Source: Sphingomonadales bacterium (GTDB lineage Bacteria; Pseudomonadota; Alphaproteobacteria; Sphingomonadales; Sphingomonadaceae). Taken from it: a stretch of DNA of 64,000 bases. The DNA is taken from positions 26,619 to 90,618 of the forward strand of contig JANMQN010000169.1 in assembly GCA_031370535.1 (NCBI GenBank), given 5' to 3'. Under the pieces are notes generated by a model. It saw nothing but the letters and a program-made list of their open reading frames with translations, did not search any database and was not told the DNA's origin. Positions within the stretch are counted from its first letter, which is position 1; each line of letters begins with the position of its first letter. Shown here in pieces: positions 37,301 to 45,551 of this stretch. Position numbers and translations under genes: made by a program.

Positions 37301-39030
37301 GGCAACGACTGTTCAATCTCCCGCGTTCGAGCTGGTTGGATTACGATGCAAAGCTGATTTCCAAGGGCGGCGGCGTATTTGCCCGAAGCGAGAAAAGTAT
37401 CAAAACAACATCTGAAATCAGAGCCTTGTTAGGTATAGATGCGAAAGAAATTGAACCTGCGGCATTGATGACCGCCATATTGAAGGCACCGGTCCAACTG
37501 ATGTGGTTTGGCGGCATTGGCACTTACATCAAGGACAAGACCGAAAGCCATCTCGATGTTGGCGACCCGGGCAACGACGCGATCCGCGTCAATGGTGCGG
37601 ATGTGCGGGCGCAAGTCATCGGTGAAGGCGCAAATCTCGGTGTCACGCAAGCGGGCCGTATCGGTTTTGCCTTACGCGGTGGGAGGATCAATACCGACTT
37701 TATCGATAACAGCGCTGGCGTCGACTGTTCGGATAATGAGGTCAATATCAAGATAGCGCTAAACGCTGAAATGCGCGCCGGTCGTCTGAAGGAGCCGGTG
37801 CGCAACAGGCTACTTGCCAGTATGACCGATGCTGTGGCGCACCTTGTGCTTGAGGACAACCGGCTGCAAACACTGGCGCTTTCCATCGCCGAAACCGGTG
37901 GTGCCGGCGATTTGCCTGCTTATGTCCGGCTTATCGAAACCTTCGAGGCCAGCGGGCTGCTTGATCGCGTGGTTGAAGGTCTCGCGCCTAACGACGAACT
38001 GTTTCGACGCGCCAGCGAGGGCAAGGGACTGACACGGCCGGAACTTGCAGTATTGCTGTCGACCGCAAAATTGGCGGCACAGGATGGCGTGGAAGAGGCA
38101 CCGCTTGCCACGGACAAGTCGATGGACGGAGAATTGCTTAAGGCTTTCCCCCAAGCGATGGTCGCCAAGCATAAATCAGCCATTATCGCGCACCGGCTGC
38201 GCAAAGAAATAATCGCAACCAAGCTTGCCAATCGCATGATCAACCGCCTGGGTATGCTTCACCCGTTCGAACTTGCCGAAGAGGAAGGGTGCAGCCTGGG
38301 CGACGTCGCGGCCGCGTTTGCGATTGCCGAGCGCATTTACGATTTGGCGTCACTTTGGTACGCCATCGATACCGCCGACATGCCCGAATCGACGCGACTG
38401 ATGCTGTTCAATCAGACCGCAGTCGAAACGCGCGCGCAGATGGCGGACATTATCCGCAACGCACATGAAGGCCGCGATGTCAGTGCCGCCACTGCAATGT
38501 ATATGCCGGTTCTGCAAAAACTGTCGGCATCGTTGGTGACCTTGCTTCCCGCTGATATCCGGCACCATACCGAAAGCTTTGGCGTCAGATTGGTGGACAG
38601 TGGCGCGCCGCGCAAGATTGCCGACCGGCTGGTGCATATGGCGCAGCTTGACGGTGCCATCGGGCTCGCCGCGCTTTCCTCGACACAAAAGGGCGATGTC
38701 ACCGCGCTGACGCAGGCATTTACCGCTATCGGGGAGGCTCTGGGGATTGCCTGGGCGCAAGGTACGGCGATGCAAATGGATCCGCACGATCCTTGGGAGC
38801 GCTTGCTCGTGGCAGGCCTGGCGCGCGACTTTCAGGCGATGCGGCTTGACTTCCTGCGCCGCCGGGCAGCAAAGAAGCCACTAGCGGATACACAAAGCTG
38901 GGTTGACGCCAATGCCGCCCGCGTTCGTGCGTTCAAGGCAATGGTTGATCGCGCCCGCATGGCTGGAACGCCGACGCCAGCGATGCTCGCGCAAATTGCA
39001 GGGCAGGCGAGGGTTCTTTTGGGTCGCTAA
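34381..39030 (+). CDS. NAD-specific glutamate dehydrogenase, large (about 180 kDa) class
   Basis: About 1549 aa. Catalytic core [40 protein letters not shown]...[13 protein letters not shown]...[21 protein letters not shown] lies upstream of ATG 34381. Confidence 0.92.
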   Translation: [1549 protein letters not shown]

Positions 39031-39046
39031 GTAAGCTAGGTAAGGG

Positions 39047-39175
39047 TTAGGTTTTCGATGCCATTAAACCGGCGACGCTGCCCTTGGCCGAGGGGTTGGA
39101 AGCGTTTTGTTTTTTGGGCTTTTCGGCCTTTGGCTTGCGCACTTCGCGGCTCGATTTCTTTTGGCTTTTGGCCAT
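39047..39175 (-). CDS. small Lys-rich hypothetical protein (42 aa)
   Basis: MAKSQKKSSREVRKPKAEKPKKQNASNPSAKGSVAGLMASKT. GAGGAGAG sits about 5 nt upstream of ATG 39175. I recognise no family. Confidence 0.4.
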   Translation of the reverse strand: MAKSQKKSSREVRKPKAEKPKKQNASNPSAKGSVAGLMASKT

Positions 39176-39274
39176 ATGTTCTCTCCTCAACCGGCGCGAG
39201 CATACGGCCAGTGTACAAGTATATATCGTGTGGGTGACGCCCATATATAAGAGCGAGACCAAAATAAGGGCAGA

Positions 39275-39874
39275 TTACTGTGCCGGTTCGGTTTCCACGG
39301 GACGCTTGTAAATGCTGTTTTTGGGGTATTGGAATAGCCGCATCACCATCGGTTCAAAAAATTCGAGCGGCAGCGTGTCATAATCTGGGTCGAAGGCCGG
39401 ACAATCATATTTGTCGATAAACTCTTCGGTGTCGGCGAACCATTGGTGACCTCGGAATTGCTCGCGCATATCCCGGTCCAGCCCCAAATGATGAAAGAAA
39501 TTGTGGCCCTGAAAGATGCCGTGATGCTGCACGATCCAGTGGAGTTTTTCTGACACGAACGGCTTTAATATCGCTGCGGCAATGTCCGGATGGTTGGAGG
39601 CGCCCAATGTGTCGCCGATGTCGTGCAGAAGCGCCATCACCACATATTCTTCGTCGCGCCCGTCGCGGTGCGCGCGGGTTGCGGTCTGCAGCGAATGTGT
39701 GAGCCGATCTACAGCAAATCCTCCGAAATCGCCGTCGAGTAACTTGAGATGATCCAATATCCGCTTGCCACCATTTTGTGCAAACGGGATATTGTGCCGC
39801 ATTATGATCTGCCAGTCGTCCTGCGTGCTTTGCGACATGTCATGAAACGTGGCGCGATCGTCCTGGTGGTCCAT
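39275..39874 (-). CDS. HD domain protein (PhnZ/MIOX-like ligand pattern)
   Basis: LTHSLQTA...ALLHDIGD...NH...LHWIVQHH gives an H..HD..H..H pattern. GAGAGGA lies 7 nt upstream of ATG 39874. The track ORF begins at TTG 39880. Confidence 0.7.
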   Translation of the reverse strand: MDHQDDRATFHDMSQSTQDDWQIIMRHNIPFAQNGGKRILDHLKLLDGDFGGFAVDRLTHSLQTATRAHRDGRDEEYVVMALLHDIGDTLGASNHPDIAAAILKPFVSEKLHWIVQHHGIFQGHNFFHHLGLDRDMREQFRGHQWFADTEEFIDKYDCPAFDPDYDTLPLEFFEPMVMRLFQYPKNSIYKRPVETEPAQ

Positions 39875-39962
39875 AGTCAAATCCTCTCGCCCAACATGCT
39901 ATCATTGTTACTGCATGAAACAAGGGCTTCATGCGCACCCGAAATGCGGCTAGACGGTTGGT

Positions 39963-41099
39963 ATGGCTGTATTAGAGCTAACCGATAAACCCTTTTTTGC
40001 CGACAAGAACCGCGCATTTTGGAACCTGCACTCGGCGGGTTGGGCCGGTGCGGTCATTTTGCGCGCTGCATCCGGCATCGCGCAGGGACAGCCTGTCAGC
40101 TTCCTTGTTCCCATCTTAATTTCGGCAGTTACCGGCTATTCGATAACCCTAGTCCTGTCGGTTATATACCGTTTCCTGATCGACCAGCGACCGTTCATTA
40201 CATGGAGCGTTACTGCCATTGCGGTATCGGTGGCGACGATTGGTTACGCGTATATCGATGTGTGGGTACTGCAAACCATCAGGGACGGTGTCGATGAAAC
40301 CCCATTCGCGCAATTATGGCTCGCGGCGATTTACATCAACTCGGTGCTGCTTGCGGCATGGTCGGCACTTTATTACGCTATCAACTATTTCGTCCGCGCC
40401 GAGGAGCAAGCCGATCAGATGCTGCGGCTGGAAGCGCAGGCAACCAGCGCCCAGCTCACTATGCTGCGATACCAGCTCAATCCCCATTTCCTTTTCAATA
40501 CGCTTAACAGCATTTCGACGCTGGTTCTGCTCAAACAGACCGAGCAGGCGAACGCCATGCTCTCACGTTTGTCGTCGTTCCTGCGTTTCACGCTTATCAA
40601 TGAGGCTGCAGCCAAAGTCCCGCTGACCCAAGAAATTGAAACCCTTAAGCTTTATCTCGATATAGAAAAAATGCGCTTTGAAGAACGCCTGCGTACCTAT
40701 TTCGTGATCGAGCCTTCGGTCGAAAACGCATTGGTACCGTCTTTATTACTCCAGCCACTGGTCGAAAACGCAATCAAATATGCGGTGACACCGAAAGAAG
40801 AAGGGGCAGACATCTCGGTAAGTGCTCAACTCGTCGGCCAAAGGGTTCGTATCACCGTATCCGATACTGGGCCAGGGTTGCAGCCCGGCTATCAAGACCA
40901 CAGCCTGTCCACAGGGGTTGGCATGGCCAACACGCGCGAACGGTTATCGCAGGCATATGGTGATGATCAGCGATTCGAACATTATGTTAAAGCAGGTGGA
41001 GGATTTGAGGTTTTGCTGGAACTACCCTATCAAACGGCAATTATACCAAATGAAGAAAATCAAGCGGGGGCAAAATCACAAGGAATGATAACCGCATGA
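39963..41099 (+). CDS. sensor histidine kinase, LytS/YehU (His_kinase PF06580-type) family
   Basis: N-terminal TM helices, then LRYQLNPHFLFNTLNSI (phospho-acceptor region) and a C-terminal HATPase (VSDTGPGL...GVGMANTRERL). Confidence 0.85.
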   Translation: MAVLELTDKPFFADKNRAFWNLHSAGWAGAVILRAASGIAQGQPVSFLVPILISAVTGYSITLVLSVIYRFLIDQRPFITWSVTAIAVSVATIGYAYIDVWVLQTIRDGVDETPFAQLWLAAIYINSVLLAAWSALYYAINYFVRAEEQADQMLRLEAQATSAQLTMLRYQLNPHFLFNTLNSISTLVLLKQTEQANAMLSRLSSFLRFTLINEAAAKVPLTQEIETLKLYLDIEKMRFEERLRTYFVIEPSVENALVPSLLLQPLVENAIKYAVTPKEEGADISVSAQLVGQRVRITVSDTGPGLQPGYQDHSLSTGVGMANTRERLSQAYGDDQRFEHYVKAGGGFEVLLELPYQTAIIPNEENQAGAKSQGMITA

Positions 41100-41896
41100 G
41101 CATTCGTACAATCCTGGTCGATGACGAGAAATTGGCCATCCAGGGTCTAGAGCTTCGGCTGCAGGCATTTGAAGACATCGAAATCGTCGCCACTTGCCAC
41201 AATGGCCGTGAGGCGATCCGCAAGATCAAGACGCTAAAACCAGATCTGGTGTTTCTGGATATCCAGATGCCAGGGTTTGACGGCTTTTCGGTTGTGCAGG
41301 GCGTGATGGATATTGATCCGCCGCTGTTCGTCTTTGTGACCGCGTATTCCGAACATGCAATCAAAGCGTTCGAGGCGCAGGCAATCGATTATCTGATGAA
41401 ACTGGTTGAACCTGACCGCCTAGCCGACACAATGGACCGCGTGCGTGGGCGGCTGGCCGACAAGCGGACGTCCGACGAACTCGAGCGTCTGCGCAATGTG
41501 ATCAACGAAGTTGCACCCAACACGCAGATGCCGATGGCCAGTGCTGAAGACGAAATGGCCTCGACGCGCTTTGAAAAGCTGATCAACGTCAAGGACCGCG
41601 GCCAGATTTTCCGCGTGGATGTCGAGAGCATTGAACGGATTGACGCGGCGGGTGACTATATGTGCATCTATACAGCGGATAACTCGCTGATCTTGCGCGA
41701 GACAATGAAAGATCTGGAAAAGCGGCTGGACCCGCGCACATTCCAACGCGTGCATCGTTCAACGATCGTCAATCTCGATCAGGTGCGTCAAGTCAAGCCG
41801 CACACCAATGGTGAGTGTTTTCTCGTACTCGAATCGGGGGCTCAAGTGAAGGTCAGCCGTTCCTATCGCGACGTGGTTGCCCGCTTCGTGCATTGA
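41096..41896 (+). CDS. LytR/AlgR family response regulator (REC + LytTR)
   Basis: ATGA overlap with the kinase stop. REC domain ILVDDE...DLVFLDIQMPG. C-terminal LytTR domain (FQRVHRSTIVNLDQV). Confidence 0.9.
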   Translation: MSIRTILVDDEKLAIQGLELRLQAFEDIEIVATCHNGREAIRKIKTLKPDLVFLDIQMPGFDGFSVVQGVMDIDPPLFVFVTAYSEHAIKAFEAQAIDYLMKLVEPDRLADTMDRVRGRLADKRTSDELERLRNVINEVAPNTQMPMASAEDEMASTRFEKLINVKDRGQIFRVDVESIERIDAAGDYMCIYTADNSLILRETMKDLEKRLDPRTFQRVHRSTIVNLDQVRQVKPHTNGECFLVLESGAQVKVSRSYRDVVARFVH

Positions 41897-41970
41897 TATA
41901 GGGAATGCCCCTATTGCGTGTGCATTGCACCTGTCGCAATCATGCAAAAGCGCCTGCAACGATGTAACCG

Positions 41971-42888
41971 ATGGAGAACATATTGTCTGAAGCCGACCCA
42001 ATCCGCCGCATGAAGGCCAGCGACTTCCACCCCTATATCCTCGAAATTTTCGACGGCTATGTGCATGGCAAGCTGACAAAGCGCGAATTTATCCGTGAGG
42101 CAGGGAAGTTTGCTGCGGTAGGCGTCACAGGCCTGATGATTCTGAACCAGCTCGCACCCGATTATGCGCTGGCGCAGCAGGTGAAGGCCGATGATCCCGC
42201 GATTGTGACGTTGCGGGTGACCGTGCCGAGTCTCGAAGGCCATGGTTCGATAAACGGCCTCATGGCGATGCCAGCCAAGGCGAAGGGCAAGTTACCCGCC
42301 GTTCTGGTCATTCACGAGAATCGAGGGCTAAACCCTTACATTGAGGATGTTGTGCGGCGCCTTGCAAAGGCAGGTTACATAGCGCTTGGCCCTGACGGAT
42401 TGTCGTCTGTCGGGGGATACCCCGGCAATGACGAAAAGGGCCGCGAATTACAGGCCAAGCTTGACCCTGCAAAATTGCTTGAAGATTTCTTCGCCAGTTT
42501 CGAGTTTCTGCGCGATCACAAGGACAGCACTGGTAAAGTCGGCGCGGTTGGCTTCTGCTATGGCGGGGGTGTCTGCAATGCCCTTGCAGTCGCCTATCCC
42601 GCAATGGGGGCTTCGGTTCCATATTATGGCCGCCAACCAAAAGTGGAGGAGGTTCCAGCGATTAATGCGCCGCTGCTGGTCCATTACGCCGAGGTTGACG
42701 AACGCATCAACGCAGGTTGGCTACCCTATCAGGCGGCGCTGATTTCGAACCAGAAAAAATTCGAGGTCCATTTCTACCCCGGCACGCAGCACGGCTTTCA
42801 CAACGACAGCACCCCGCGATACGACAGGGCGGCAGCGGAGTTGTCATGGGTAAGGACGCTTGAATTTTTTGGGAAGAATTTGCGGTAA
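41971..42888 (+). CDS. dienelactone hydrolase family protein
   Basis: VLVIHENRGLNPYIEDVVRRLAKAGYIALGPD, GAVGFCYGG and GTQHGFHND are DLH signatures. The N-terminus contains a TM/Tat-like segment. Confidence 0.8.
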   Translation: MENILSEADPIRRMKASDFHPYILEIFDGYVHGKLTKREFIREAGKFAAVGVTGLMILNQLAPDYALAQQVKADDPAIVTLRVTVPSLEGHGSINGLMAMPAKAKGKLPAVLVIHENRGLNPYIEDVVRRLAKAGYIALGPDGLSSVGGYPGNDEKGRELQAKLDPAKLLEDFFASFEFLRDHKDSTGKVGAVGFCYGGGVCNALAVAYPAMGASVPYYGRQPKVEEVPAINAPLLVHYAEVDERINAGWLPYQAALISNQKKFEVHFYPGTQHGFHNDSTPRYDRAAAELSWVRTLEFFGKNLR

Positions 42889-42893
42889 CGGCG

Positions 42894-43349
42894 CTAACGT
42901 CGCGCACCAAAAAACGCCTTTAGCAATTCTGCTGCTTCATCGGCAGCAATTCCTGCATAAACCTCTGGCCGGTGATGCACTGTCGGCTGATCAAACAACT
43001 TGGGCCCATGTGCTACTGCACCGCCCTTCGGGTCATCGGCGCCATAATAGAGCCTTTCGATTCTGGCATGGGCAATTGCGCCGGCACACATTGCGCAAGG
43101 TTCCAATGTCACCCACAGGTCGCACCCAGTTAGCCGGTCGTTGCCCAAAAGTGCCGCTGCCGCGCGCATCGCAATTATTTCGGCGTGGGCAGTCGGGTCA
43201 TGGGTTTCGACCGGACGGTTGGAACCGCGACCGATGATCTGTCCGTCCTTGACGACAATTGCGCCGACTGGCACTTCTCCGGCTGCCGCGGCCAGGCGTG
43301 CTAGCTCGAGCGCTTGTTCCATCGTTTCGCGGGCTTTGATCAGTGACAT
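42894..43349 (-). CDS. tadA: tRNA adenosine(34) deaminase
   Basis: 151 aa. HAEIIAMR and the zinc site [12 protein letters not shown]. Confidence 0.9.
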   Translation of the reverse strand: MSLIKARETMEQALELARLAAAAGEVPVGAIVVKDGQIIGRGSNRPVETHDPTAHAEIIAMRAAAALLGNDRLTGCDLWVTLEPCAMCAGAIAHARIERLYYGADDPKGGAVAHGPKLFDQPTVHHRPEVYAGIAADEAAELLKAFFGARR

Positions 43350-43480
43350 CCCGCCTCGCTACTCGACATTGGCACTTTTGGCCACAGTTCGGGTTGACGT
43401 TTCGGTCGATGGAGTTTAGTGGCAGCGACTTTCGCGGGTCATTGATTCCGCACACACTCATTTTATACAGGATACACATC

Positions 43481-43771
43481 ATGGCGCGCATCTGCGAACT
43501 CACCGGTAAAGGCCGTCTGGTCGGCAACAATGTGAGCCACGCCAACAACAAGACAAAGCGCACGTTTCTGCCTAACCTGCAGAATGTGACCTTGTTGTCC
43601 GACGCTCTTGAGCAGGGCTATAAATTCCGCGTTTCGACCCACGGTCTGCGTTCAGTCGAGCATAATGGCGGTCTCGACAACTGGTTGTTGAAAACCTCGG
43701 ATGAGAAGCTTTCGACCAACGCCCGCAAGGTAAAAAAAGAAATCGCTAAGAAGGTCAAGGCTGCGGCCTGA
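43481..43771 (+). CDS. rpmB: 50S ribosomal protein L28
   Basis: [34 protein letters not shown] at ATG 43481. The track ORF from 43343 is a spurious 5' extension. Confidence 0.95.
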   Translation: MARICELTGKGRLVGNNVSHANNKTKRTFLPNLQNVTLLSDALEQGYKFRVSTHGLRSVEHNGGLDNWLLKTSDEKLSTNARKVKKEIAKKVKAAA

Positions 43772-43798
43772 TTTCTTCGCTGCTTCGGCAGCAGCGGT

Positions 43799-44836
43799 TT
43801 ATAGAGAATCAAAACCGGGAGCGGGCATCGCTTCCGGTTTTTTCTTTAGTCTGCGTTCGGACAAGCGGAACTTCATCAGCAGCGTTCGCTGGAAAATGCT
43901 GAAGTTATTGTCAGAAATCAGCCATATAATGGTGTCTGTACCATCCTTCGACACGGCTATTCCCTCCATATTATCGATAAGAAGGGGCGTGGCCAATGTC
44001 GCGATGACCTGCCCGCCCACGCCATTGTCCTTGGTGATAGATGCAGGATCGATAATCGCCAGTTTGGCGGCGAATCCGTTGGGAAGACCCACCCACCGGT
44101 TTAAAATGACCAGTCGACCATCGGGCAATTGAACCCCGTCGGTAACGCGATACCCGGCCGGCGGGCGATAGCTGAACCGCATTATGTTCGTACCGGGCTC
44201 AACCGGGTCGCCTGAGAACATAAGCGCTTGATGCGTGTCATCATCCTCAAGGCTTTCCGCAATTACCATGAAGCGGCCGTCGGCAAGGCGGATGATGCTC
44301 TCCGCGCCTTTGTTTTTCGGCCACCCATGCATCTCGCGCGGTCGGACTGTCCCGGTCGAGCGTGCGAATGAGCGCGCAAACCGGCGGATCGCATGATTCG
44401 CTTCATAACTCACCCAGAACTGGCCGGTCGCAGGATCGTATGCGATTCCTTCGCTATCGCGGTCTTTGTAAGTGACTTGCGGACCGCGCGAATCGGGCAA
44501 TGGCGCTATGAACGGCCGGTCCGTTCTGTCGTCGCGGGTCAGGCCAAAGCCAATGAGCGTGCCTGCATCGCTGACACCGATAAAACGGCCATCTGCCAAC
44601 GCTGCAAGCGCGGAAACACCTCCAAAGTTCTCATTATTGCTACCCAGCTCCCATGCGTTAAGAAAAATCAGCTCGCCGACCCGGCGCGTGCCGGGATGCG
44701 CAGGATCTAGCGGTAAAGGTCTGAGCGCGATGCTCTGGCTGCTGTTCGGATATATCATTCTGACCCCGCCAACTGTCAGGCAGGCAAGCAACAGCGGAGG
44801 CAATAGGCGCATTATCGGGGTGATCATGTGGCGCAA
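43799..44836 (-). CDS. secreted protein, phytase-like esterase family (tentative)
   Basis: Signal/TM N-terminus. GGVSALAALADGRFIGVSDAG and MEGIAV...IWLISDNN resemble the 'esterase-like activity of phytase' beta-propeller family as I recall it. Alternative starts at 44827 and 44812. Confidence 0.5.
   Translation of the reverse strand: MRHMITPIMRLLPPLLLACLTVGGVRMIYPNSSQSIALRPLPLDPAHPGTRRVGELIFLNAWELGSNNENFGGVSALAALADGRFIGVSDAGTLIGFGLTRDDRTDRPFIAPLPDSRGPQVTYKDRDSEGIAYDPATGQFWVSYEANHAIRRFARSFARSTGTVRPREMHGWPKNKGAESIIRLADGRFMVIAESLEDDDTHQALMFSGDPVEPGTNIMRFSYRPPAGYRVTDGVQLPDGRLVILNRWVGLPNGFAAKLAIIDPASITKDNGVGGQVIATLATPLLIDNMEGIAVSKDGTDTIIWLISDNNFSIFQRTLLMKFRLSERRLKKKPEAMPAPGFDSL
43815..43847 (+). 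terminator. intrinsic terminator downstream of rpmB
   Basis: AAAA-CCGGGAGCG-ggcat-CGCTTCCGG-TTTTTTCTTT. The stem is 9 bp with one G-U pair, the loop is 5 nt, and a T6 tract follows. It lies 44 nt after the rpmB stop and inside the last codons of the convergent ORF 43799..44836. Confidence 0.75.
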
Positions 44837-44994
44837 TAACCGTTCATCTTAAATGCCCTCAATATGAACAAAAAATAACGACGCATTCAGCCACGGCTCA
44901 ATCTTGTCAGGTCATAACAGCATCAACAGGAAATCAAACCACCTGCTTCTCTCTCCCTCACGGAAAGGAACAGGCCTATGCAAGGAGCAAGAAC

Positions 44995-45396
44995 ATGACC
45001 AAGTTTAAGAACACTATGGGTGCACTGGTCCTCGCCGCAACGGCAGTGACTGGCCTTACCGCAACACCAGCAATGGCAGGTGGGCGTTATGACGACGGTT
45101 ACAGCCGCTATGACCGTGGCGATCGCTATGACCGTGACGATCGCTATGACCGTTATGACCGCCGCGAATATCGCCGTGGCGACCGTTACTACAATAACAG
45201 CCGTAACAATTATCAGCGTTGCGACAAGGGTACTGGCGGCACGATCATCGGAGCTGTTGCGGGTGGCTTGCTCGGGAACGAAGTTGCCCGTCGCGGTAAC
45301 AAGACCGAAGGCAGCATCATCGGTGCCGCAGTAGGCGCATTGGCTGGCCGTGCCATTGATAAGGCCGATAGCAACTGTAACCGTCGCTATCGCTAA
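44995..45396 (+). CDS. glycine-zipper (Rick_17kDa_Anti-like) outer-membrane protein with RYD-repeat linker
   Basis: Signal peptide ends PAMA-GG. A low-complexity RYDRGDRYDRDDRYDRYDRREYRRGDRYY region is followed by the glycine zipper GGTIIGAVAGGLLG...GSIIGAAVGALAG. Confidence 0.6.
   Translation: MTKFKNTMGALVLAATAVTGLTATPAMAGGRYDDGYSRYDRGDRYDRDDRYDRYDRREYRRGDRYYNNSRNNYQRCDKGTGGTIIGAVAGGLLGNEVARRGNKTEGSIIGAAVGALAGRAIDKADSNCNRRYR
45106..45159 (+). repeat. three tandem 18-nt coding repeats (CGCTATGACCGTGRCGAT-like)
   Basis: The three units at 45106-45123, 45124-45141 and 45142-45159 encode RYDRGD, RYDRDD and RYDRYD inside the glycine-zipper protein gene. Confidence 0.8.
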
Positions 45397-45470
45397 GAAA
45401 TTATTTTCCGTCCGGCGGCGTCCCTGAACCTTCTCAGTCGCCGGGCGGGACTACAACCTCTTCGGGGGTG

Positions 45471-45501
45471 GGCCAGTACTGGAAACAGTGCTGGCCTTTT
45501 T
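45471..45501 (+). terminator. intrinsic terminator downstream of the glycine-zipper gene
   Basis: GGCCAGTACTG-gaaa-CAGTGCTGGCC-TTTTT. The stem is 11 bp with one G-U pair, the loop is a GAAA tetraloop, and a T5 tract follows. Confidence 0.8.
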
Positions 45502-45551
45502 CGTTACAACTGAAACTTGTCTGATATGGCAATATCCGGCAAAGCGCCGCG

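Noticed and set aside
45080-45334. 84-aa ORF rich in MTV/TVT repeats
   Set aside because: It is an alternative frame of the RYD-repeat and glycine-zipper gene. Its repetitiveness is just the same 18-nt repeat read out of frame.
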